Both the position numbers and the translations under genes were made by a program. The notes below the pieces were generated by a model. The model did no database searches and was not told the origin of the DNA. It worked only from the letters and a program-made list of their open reading frames with translations. Below, in pieces: positions 53,708-64,000 of a stretch of DNA of 64,000 nucleotides. This DNA is from Vicugna vicugna (taxonomy: Eukaryota), in NCBI GenBank assembly GCA_013265495.1, contig MU061579.1:5640963-5704962 (forward strand), written 5' to 3'. The first letter of the stretch is position 1; each line of letters begins with the position of its first letter.

Positions 53708-54180
53708 TATTTTTTATTGAAGTATAGTCAGTTTATAATGTGTCAATTTCTGGTGTACAGCACAATTCTTCAGTCATATAAGAACAGACATATATTTGTT
53801 TTCATATTCTCTTTCACCATAAGTTATAAGATATTGAATATAGTTCCCTGTGCTATACAGTATGAACTTGTTGTTTATCCATTTTATATATATATATTAG
53901 TATCTGCAAATCTTGAACTCCCAATTTATCCTTTCCCACCCTCCTCCCCCACAGGTAACCATAAGATTATTTTCTATGTCTCTGAGTCTTTTTCTGTTTT
54001 GTAAATAAGTTCATTTGTTTTTTTGTTTTTTTGTTTTTTGTTTTTTTAGATTCCACGTATGAGTGATAATCATATGGTAGTTTTCTTTCTCTTTCTGGCT
54101 TATTTCACTTAGAACGACAATCTCCTCGTCCATCCATGTTGCTGCAAATGGCATTATTTTATTCTTTTTTATGGCTGAGA
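53708..54180 (-). mobile_element. Young 5'-truncated L1 with TSD
   Basis: Encodes the ORF2 tail SAIKKNKIMPFAATWMDEEIVVLSEISQKEKENYHM (ORF 54011..54238); perfect 13-bp TSD AGATTAAATGATA at 53695-53707 and 54181-54193. Confidence 0.95.
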
Positions 54181-54199
54181 AGATTAAATGATACGGAGA

Positions 54200-54325
54200 G
54201 TTTCTGTTACTTGAGTGTGCAGTCCAAACACGTGACATGTTAAAACGTAGATTTGGATTCAGTCATTCTGATGATGCCCACCCCCCTGGTCTGTGGGCCA
54301 ACCCCACACTGAATAGCAGGGTTCT
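54200..54325. mobile_element. MER5-like hAT fragment
   Basis: cttgagtgtgca...tgttaaaacgtagattt.gattcagt...tgatgatgcc..ctggtctgtgg..accccacactgaatagcaggg. Confidence 0.6.
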
Positions 54326-57300
54326 ATAGATCACAGACCTAAAAAATGATAATGCTTGAACTAACTTTCTCTGACTACTATTCCATTCTGTTGGATACTT
54401 TGGAATATATCATTCAATGAAATAAATCAAGTAATGAATGGGAGTAGATTTTCAGGAGAAAAACATAGTTTTCTTTTAGAATTCCTTAGAATTTTCTTTG
54501 ATCTCTCCTTATAAATTTTTCAGTACTGTCTTACTTGCCAAGAACATATTTCTCTGACCCCTTCTCACAACAGAAAATCTTTTCTGCACAAAAATACATG
54601 AGATTAGTCACAAATGATCTTTAATACTACTAACACTTAAAGTATATTTTCTTTGTAAATTTACAACTGAAAGGGCATTGGGTTATTTTGTGTGTACGTG
54701 TGCTGTGTAAGTCATTTTACAGATTCTTTTTGACCTGTACAATACACATTTTTAAGATTTAAAAGATACTCATCATAACCATAGTCTGTAGGATAGGTAA
54801 AAACTATTAGTACTACCACCTATAAAAATATATATTTCTGTAGATGCTGTTTCACTAGCATATTTGTTCATTTGTTTATTGTTTGCATGTATTACCCTCC
54901 AGAATAATATCTAATTGATTGTTTAATTTTCTTTTTTAGCATTGATATCATGGCCATGAGAATATACTTGGTATTCTAGGAGAAGTATTCAGTAACTGCT
55001 TTGATACATTTATTTGAGCAACCACTTATCCTGGGAAATGCTCATTGCACTTGGCCCTCAACAATCTAGATACTTTTTCTTTTTTTTAAGGAAATAAGCT
55101 AGAGAGGAAATCAGTGGCTGACTTTTGAACAACTTTCTAACTTTGCACTTTTCCATAAATAAAACATTAGACTTCCCAATTTGTAACATCTGGATTTGGA
55201 TACAGAGACTGCCATTATGTAACTGACCAATTAAAAGAGGCACAACTATGAGAAAACATATATTGTCAACAATTCTTTGTCTTTATTTTCCTAACCAGGA
55301 AATTAAATCCATCCAAAAGATTATAAGCTTGAGCAATGGCTTTCTCTGTGTTAATCAATGTAGGCAGAGTTGTACAGTGTCATTCTGTTGAAAATAAGCA
55401 TCGTTGCATGATTGGCTCAATGACCTTACGCTGTCCAAAATGTAAATGATAATTTTACATATTTTATCAGTCAGCTTTTTATAGTAAATGCTGTACAGTG
55501 GATTACTGACTTGAATTATTTATGGTAACATCATCTTATATCCTGATTGAAATGCATACTTTATAAGCAACGTATTAAAGGAAAAACTAAAGGTTACTTA
55601 TGGGATGGTGTATTCAAAATATGCAGGTAGCTTCAAGTTTTCTATAGTGAATATAGGTATATTTTTTAATGTACTTTTCCTTGCCAGTTACATGCAGATC
55701 TTCATTTGGAAGGGTCTTCAGAATTCAATTAACGGGAAGTGGCAAATTTAAAAACCTACTGGGATCAGGCAGATAATGAAAAATAAACAAAGAAGCTCAG
55801 TGGTAGAAAAACAACAATCAGTGGTTTGGGACATGTGAAAATGACAACAACAACAGAAACATATCTTAGATACAGTGAAGAGCTGGTCGTCAGCCCCAGC
55901 CACCCAATGTCGCCAAGGAATTAGTTTTTTAGATGTTTTTCAGCCTCGTAAGTGCTGAAACAAAATGCTTTTAAAGCCTTTCCAGTGCAAACAGATTAGC
56001 TGTGCATTTTTATTCATAACCCTTGGGTTATTATCAATTGAAATGAATTTAACCATCCTTTCAAATTCATGTTTTCATGTTTTTTCTGTGTGTTCTAAAA
56101 ATAGTTAACATTAATTGAATTTTTCCAGAATGAGATAACTTTATCATAGTAAACTTTACACAAGTTACTTCATTTCATCCACACAATAACACTATAGGTA
56201 AATGCCATTATCCTCCCCACCTTTTTTTTTTTTTAATATATGTGACATGGGGAGTTTACTGTACTAAGAAGTCAGTCTTCAGAAACAGTGCCCCTAACTT
56301 CGATGCTTCAAATAGTGCACATGGAAGCTAGAGGTACCCACGTGTACATATGCAGATGGTGCTCCGTTTCTCCTGTCTATACATCTATCCGTCTATCTAT
56401 CCTATTCTATCTAATAGAATTACATGTTATGAATATCTACTTTTAACCGAGTTTCTTTTCTTACACTGTTGATAGATAATACCATTTTAAATTACTCTCT
56501 CAAACTATTGATTACTGCTTCATCCACATTAGTTTATCTGCCACTTTCCCTTATAATTCACTCTTCCTGAATTTGTCTTTTATCATTTGAAAAGCCTTTC
56601 CCTAATTTTTCTCCTCTTCCCCTTTGTAGTCTATATATTATTGAGCCTTTTCAAAAACCTTCTAGACTAAATGTACCTTACTATGATTATGCCTTTATTT
56701 TCTTTCTGTTTAGAATATATGGCCCATATAATTTATTACTTAGAATTATAGTATTTTAAATGTACTAATGCCAATCAAATATGCTTATGTTGTTTTAAAT
56801 ACAGGTTTTAGGATTTTTGAAATCAAGGATCAACATTTCTGCTTTTTATTCTATTCATTTTCTTTCTTCTCCCACAGTGCCCAGCCAAAACCAGAAACGC
56901 ATTAAGGTCATTCAATAATTGCTTGTTAAACAAAAGAAAGAACAAATATTTGAAAATGGCCTAGAAAACTGTAAGAGGGTCCTTTTGACCTAAAAACATT
57001 ATACTAATACCTTCCAGGAATGTCAGAATTAAGCATATAAGTACTAATATCAATGAAAGTGTCCTTTATCTGGGTAATGTTCTGTTTTCTGAGCAAAATC
57101 CTAATGTACTTTGGTAGTTAGGCCTGTTGGGATCATTAAGAGTATATGATGGGTAGAGAACCAAGTTCATGGAATGAACACCACCCTAGGAATTCAAACC
57201 ACCCATTCCTATGTCAAGCCATCTTTTTTTAAAATTTTTGAGTTCTTGCCTCCCTGAGCTTTATTTCTCTTTTCTATGAAATTAAGTAGACAATCTTTAA

Positions 57301-58043
57301 GACCTCTTCTAGTTCTAAACTGTTATAATTTATTAACCACAACTTGTTGCCTCAATAGACACAGAGGTTCAGCTTAAACATCTCCTAGGGACATTCTAGC
57401 TTTGGACTCTGAGCAGAGGTTCTATATAAAGGAAAAGTGGGCTTGAGTGTTCATGGAAAGCATGTTGAGAATAATCATATGGTGGTTCATTTCTTTTCTG
57501 TGGCATTTCGCTGGAAAGTATTATGGTTAGTGAATCATAAAGACTTAAGTTTTATTTTAATAGTTTTTCCTTTTCTTCTCTGGAGCCTCTCTGTCTCTCT
57601 TGCATGTACCATACCAGCTCAATGTGACATTCTACTCCCTTTTCTTATCTTCTCTAAAAGGATGCAAAAATATATTGACAGAAGAAAAAATTAAAATGTC
57701 ATTATGTGTAATTGTCAAAAACCTCACAATTACCTGGACATTTTAAGAAGGGCGAAATTAGTTGTTGATATAGACAACATGATTAATTTGTTTGTCCAAT
57801 GCTTAAGGCCTATATAGGCCTCCTGGTTCTTGGCAAGTGAAAGAGATGTTTATACCTCTAGAAGCCATGAGCGAATTTAAGAATATTACGTTTCTTCCTC
57901 TGACAAATATTTTTTCAATAATGTTTGCACTTTAGTTCAAAGCTATTTTCCTAACATTCATATCCTCACTGCATTTTTTGTTTTTATACAAACATACTTC
58001 CAAAAATATGACTGAGCAAAAGCAATGAGTTCCATTATGTCTT

Positions 58044-58870
58044 TATATCAGTGAGGGTCCAGTCAGGAGACAGAAAATACACCAGTAATTTAAACAAGGA
58101 ATCTTTATTATAAAGAAACATTAGCTTATAAAAAGCATCTAACTACCTCTAAAAGAGGTAAAAGGGAGTCTACAGAACCCAGAATTAGCAAGTGCAAGTG
58201 AATGCATTGTATTATTACTAGGTTGAAGGATACTGGACAAAGAAAGAAAATAAGAACTTATGAGAGGTTCCTCCACCCAAGACTGGGATTTCAAATTCTT
58301 TGAAGAAGGCATGGCTAGAGAGAGACAAGCAGTCCTCCAGTGGCAAAAAAAAGGTCTCCAGAGGATGCTGGCCATTGTGATCCACAGAAATGTTTTGCCA
58401 TTGCCAAAGGAGGTGGGCAGATGTGAGCTGGACTTGAGAAATAAATTACTTGTTGCCTGAGGTCACACCTGGACCTTCTCTGGAAGCAGATTCATAGGAG
58501 ATAGTCAGTTGCCTGATGATGGATGAAGTTCATCTGTAAAATTAGCCAGCCAGGTAGCAAGAGCATGGGTTAAAAGTTAGGGAGCAGCTTCTGTGAAAGA
58601 CAGTGAGACTAGAACCTGTCTGTGAAGGCTCATGAATTGAGAGCCACCAGACCTCAACGCTGGCACTGAATAAAATATGGAAGCAGCACCCAACTGGAGG
58701 GAAGTGTCTTCTTGCCACTGTCACCTCACAAGGTCACTCTAGCACTTGTTATTCAAATAATAGTCTAACAATGTACCAGTTAGAGAAACAGAAATGTGTA
58801 CAGGGTCCACAAAACTGGGAAAAAAAGGTCAAGTTTGAAGCTGAAAGACTAAAAATTGATATCTGGCCCG
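58044..58870 (-). mobile_element. Old ERVL-class LTR
   Basis: Starts tatatcagtgagggtccagtcaggagacagaaaatacaccagtaattt..acaaggaatctttattataaagaa, an LTR terminus with a reverse poly(A) signal; right end approximate. Confidence 0.6.
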
Positions 58871-60659
58871 ATATTTTATCACTAAACAACTTTCCTTAAA
58901 AAATTGAACTTATTATCTTAGTTTATCAGAGAAGGAATCTAGATCAGTCCTTTATTCTTCCATTTATGTTCCTCATTGGAAGTAATCTGGAGGCATGCTG
59001 GCATCATCTCAATACCAAAAAGTATGATGATATTGTCAATTAAGCTGAATGAAGAAATCTGTGTTTAATTGATTTGAACCAAATACTTTAATAAAATGCT
59101 TATTTTGGCAGGTTCAGATACCTCATTAACCAATAAAATCTATGCACATATGCCTTTCTGAATTTATTCCCAAGTACATATGTTTATATAGTATGTTTAT
59201 ATTAGTTAGGACATGGGGTTACAAATAGGATAAAATAAAAAATCATTTCCAACTGTGACTTTAGCCTATATTTTCATCTTGTTCTGAAATGATTAAAATT
59301 AAGGACATTGCTGATAATAGAATTTCACATATTGTTCATTGCATGTATTCAGGTAAAAGATTTACCAATGTCCAGAGACACTTGTTCACTTACCGGTGTT
59401 TTATAACTAGATAGTGGCAGATTGGTCTAGAACTAAAGTCTCATGCTTTGAATCCCAGTTCTTTTTTCATATTGTCTGGGTTAGAAAGAGCTAATAATAA
59501 ATACACTGCTTACCATATTATCCTTTCAGAATTAAACAACACTGCTTCTTAGTAGCAAGTACACAGTGACCTAAGTAAAATATTACTGAATGCTCCATGT
59601 TATGTACATGTTAATTCACATAAAGTGGTTTATTTTAATTCAAGTAATGTGAAAATTCTATCTTAGAATTCTTTAAAAATTAACAGAACATGTAATTTGG
59701 TAAGGAAACATTTAATAAAAGAAATCTGTTCAAGAGGAATTATAATATGCCAGGACTATCTTCTAACATTAAAGTCACCCCATCTTTCATTTTTTTAAAC
59801 TTTGTTTGCTAAATATAGGTTATCTGATCTGATTTTTACATTCCCTTGTAGTTCTTAAGAAAATAATGTTCCTTTTCTTTAGTTGATACAGAAATGGCAG
59901 GAGAAAGTTAAGACTGATAACACAGTACAACAGAGGCTGAAGAAATTACCTGAAATGTCTCTGCACAACCATGGGACAAATCCTACTAACCTTCCTTACC
60001 TCCTTTGAAATGTTTTTTTGCTTGATATAAATGATAAAGTAGTCACTATCTAAGGACAGACTACGACCAGAGGTCAGCCGCGTTAATGTAGCAGATATAT
60101 AATTTGCTTCTTCTTAAAAAATTGCCATATTCTGGCATGCTTTAATCTGTCAGATTTCAGGGTCAAATAACTTTCTTAAAGTGGATAGGAACAATTTATT
60201 CAGAGGAAGCCAGTATACTGCACTTTAAGGTAGAATGACCCATTCATATCTTACAAAGTTTTAAAGTTATATTCAGATAGAAAGCAAAGCCACTGTAGAG
60301 TACAGGAAAGACAATTCAGGTACTAAACATTAGAGCAATTTTTCTTTCAGAGAATGTTATACTTTCTCTCAAAAATAAACATACTTAAATATGATTCAAA
60401 TATATAAATCAACTTCAGAGAACAAAGATCATTTTCTATTCCCTACCAGGGAAACCCTTCCAGGCACTTAAAGGGATTTCAGAATCATATAGCATCACTG
60501 ACCACTCTGATTGATTAATGTGAATTGGAGACTTTGAAGCTGAGGAAATTAAATAGGCTATATTGATTAAGTATATTTGAGAATATATTACTCAGAATTT
60601 AGGGGAAGAATAGAGCCCATAGCTTTTATTTGGTGCTATTTTGTCCATTATTTGCTTAT

Positions 60660-60922
60660 TTTATATATATATTTATATATATATATGTATAATACATACA
60701 TATATATAATATACACACACACACACACATACATATATAAAATGGATTAACTGGAAAGTGATGAAGTGTAAGCCCTTTTCTGTTCCTGTTTTAAATAAAT
60801 ACTTTTAAACAATACACGTCTACACAGATATGTATACATGTCTATATATATGTACACATATATACATGTATATGCAGATATATATATTTTATATATATAA
60901 ATATATATATATATATATACAC
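60660..60922. repeat. Two compound (TA)n/(CA)n microsatellite blocks (60660-60740 and 60830-60922)
   Basis: Directly visible. Confidence 0.9.
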
Positions 60923-62917
60923 AAAACCATAATATTCCAGGAGTTGTGCTAATACCACAGACATTTATCTAGAGCTGTGTCCTTGCATTTATATAATTAC
61001 TTATGAAAGGACCTTTAAGAAATGCTGGCTATAGGAAAAATACCATTTTCCCCTTCTAATCCAAACAGGGTATTGGAACCTTCAGAGTTGAAGCATTAAC
61101 ACTTATCTAGATGCAGGCTCATCAGAGAAGTCATTCTTAGGTCTGCCAAAAGTGCGTCAGCATAACATCTTATCCAAGAGGTATTTTTTTGATCACTCAT
61201 AGTGTAACCGTAAGCACTTCAAAAGAAAGTTACAGAAATAAAGCCAATAAGTTTGATTCATTTAATGCAGAATGCATTTAATGAGGCACTGTGATTGTAA
61301 ATGAATTCTATTATCTACTTTTTCAAGTGGGTGAAAAATAATACAACTTTCACACAACATGCGCCAAACAAACAGTGCAATAAAAATGGCATTGAAATAG
61401 ATGAGCTTTCTGACAACAGTATTAGTCACATCTTACACACTGACCTTTCTAGTGACAGGGACATTCAGTAAGCTGTTACCAGGAGTTGGCATTTTCAGAA
61501 GTAATAAACCTCTTTAATGTCAGTCACCTGCTTAGCAGGACTACCATCTCTTGACTGATGAGTTTCCTGTGATACAAAAATCCACCCAAGTGCTTTAAGG
61601 ATGTTGCCACTATTCAGAAGACACAGTGGCTTATCTCAAAGAATTAGTACTGATATCATTAGCAGCCCCTAGACATTTAGTTATCTATAAGAAGATAATG
61701 GAAAGAAGTGATGATTGACTAAGCTATACTCTTCAGGCGTATGTACCGATGGAACATGGCTATTATGCAGAGCCAAGGGCTCCATATTAATAAAACTCCA
61801 TTCTCAGGGGGCTCCAAAAGTTTGGAGGCTAGCACACTGAAATTAGACTCTCTCTCAGTTCAATGTCAGCTCCTAATCCTGTTTTTGATTGAAAGGCATA
61901 TGGCTTTCAGCTTTTATCTTTATGCTGATTTATCTTACAATGCTCAAGTTCTTGAATTTAATGAAATGGATTAATGGTGAACAATTGGGCTCTTCATTCC
62001 TCCTCTGGCTTATCTAAGCAACTATCCATAGTTGTCATTAAAATTTTTCTAAGTTGGAAATTAGGTTATTATATCTCCTTGTATTATCTAACACATTTCA
62101 ATACCACTTGGCCTTCAATAGTAAAATGTGCTATTTGTTAATTCATGTCCTCCTTTTGTATCAGTGCTTGAGCACAGTATGGAATTAATGAAACCTCAAT
62201 GTGATATTTCCTTTCTCGCCATAGTAAGTTGCTCTAGCACATATTCACTGCATGAGAGACTGTAAAGGGATTTATTTTTTTTAATTCTTTACAATCACTC
62301 TTGGAAACCCAAAGATTAGGCATGTATACACATGTATTTATAGACAGTTGTATCTCAGAAGTAAAATTTGAAAGAAAAGTACTATGGGTTCATTATATAC
62401 AAAAAATGATTGCCACATCAGAACATAATTTTGAATATATTGTAAATTTATCACTATGTGTAACCCTCAAGCTTTGTTGATTTCTCCCAACACTACAACA
62501 TAAATAAATAGCAATACATACACTTTTAGATGGGAGTCTAGTAAGGATAGTTAAAACGTAAAAATTACAGATTTTTCATGGTGGGAACAATCCGCTGATC
62601 TTCATACACATTCTTTTCATGTTATTTTGACTATTCACGTTTCAAGTTACTTTGATCTGTTGTCAATTCAACAAAAAATCTTAGGGCTTGTAGAGAATTT
62701 AAGGATTATCCCAAAGGCAAACAAGTATATTTCCCACATGAGGACTTGGTGGTTAGTAGAGAGTACACAGCTTGGCCACAACAAAACAAAAGCAATATGT
62801 GTAGGCCAAAGGCTAGAGCCCAGACCTCCAGACTTTCCAGTATTTCCTTTCCTCTGCAGTACACCCTTTCTGTGGAATGGTGTGAAAGAGATATCATCTG
62901 TTATTCTTTAGTCACTA

Positions 62918-63302
62918 TGCTAGAGGCTGAATGTTTGTGCTCCTCAAAGTTCATATGTTGAAGCTTAATGCCCAGTGTGATGGTGTTAGGAGATGGGGCC
63001 TTTGAGAGGTGATTAGGTCACGAGGCCCTGTCTCTAAATACAGTCACATTGAATGAGGTCAAAAAAGACTCCGAAGAGACTCTTGTAAGAGATTCCAGAG
63101 AGATCCCTCACCCTTTTTACCATGTGAGGACACAAGGAAAAGACTGTGTATGAATCAGGATGTGGGCTCTCACCAGACATATCTCCTGGCACCCTGATCT
63201 AGGACTTCCCAGTCTCCAGAAGTGTAAGAAATAAATTTATTTTGTTTATAAGCTACCAAGTCTATGGCAATTTTGTTATAGCAGCCAAAATAGACTAGGA
63301 CA
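62918..63302 (+). mobile_element. MLT1A/MST-type MaLR solo LTR, 385 bp
   Basis: TGCTAGAGGCTGAATGTTTGTG start, AATAAA near 63230, ttgttatagcagcc..atagactaggaCA end; 5-bp TSD CACTA at 62913-62917 and 63303-63307. Confidence 0.93.
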
Positions 63303-64000
63303 CACTATGACAAGACATTATAAGTTTCACATTTATCTTGTTCTGTCTCATAAATCTAATATTTTGCAATTTACTCTGTACAGATACAAACCTAACAAGT
63401 GATCTTCACTGTTCGTCTCCTGCTAAATGTATTGACTGTGGGTTTGCATTCAGTAGGTTGAAGGCGTAATTTGTGTATCAGGTCATAATATTACCCTGTT
63501 ACTAACTTAATTTTGAGTCACAAAAACTGAACAGGAGATATTACAAAAAAATACATTTTTGTCACTATTGAAAAAATGTGAATGTTTTTTAGATTTTAAA
63601 ATCCTATATATTTTAAAAATATATCTTATTCAGAAGAAATTGAATTAAATAATTTAAAAAATAAACATGCTTAAAAGGAAAAAAAAAAAGAATTACAGAG
63701 CACTCCAGCTGCAGTCTTTTATTACATAGTTTGAAAAACCAGAAGGAGTGGCAGAACCAACTTTAAGACACAGAGAGAGGAGGCTCAGATGTTCAGAAGA
63801 ACATATAGCCCACATACTCCAATCTCCTCATTTTAATGCTAAAAATAAGGAAGCGATCCTGCTCCTAAATTACTTAAGGTCATGATGCTAGACCCTGGCC
63901 CACAAACCAATCCTCCAATAGTCAGCAAAGTCAATAAAACTTCTTGAAGTGTTAAAAGTGTTAAAATATATTAGACTTACTTTGACACTGGTATACTTAT

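Overview
AT-rich, CpG-poor mammalian DNA dominated by transposable elements. tRNA-derived SINEs of the Vic-1 type and artiodactyl-type L1 3' ends point to a camelid genome (inference). I find no intact protein-coding exon; almost all ORFs in the track are repeat-derived or chance. The window holds old L2, MIR, MLT and MER fragments, several L1 pieces and a cluster of ERV1-like solo LTRs, four with clean 4-bp target-site duplications. Three things stand out. (1) A roughly 3 kb, intronless, heavily decayed and strongly diverged copy of the tRNA m5C methyltransferase gene NSUN2 at about 19.4-22.4 kb (+), split by an LTR and not recovered by the ORF track. (2) A 2.25 kb TSD-flanked L1 derivative with both ends present, in which mid-ORF1 is fused directly to the end of ORF2. 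(3) A short palindromic element at about 13.5 kb that looks ancient. All family and protein assignments were made by eye from recalled consensus sequences; no searches were run.
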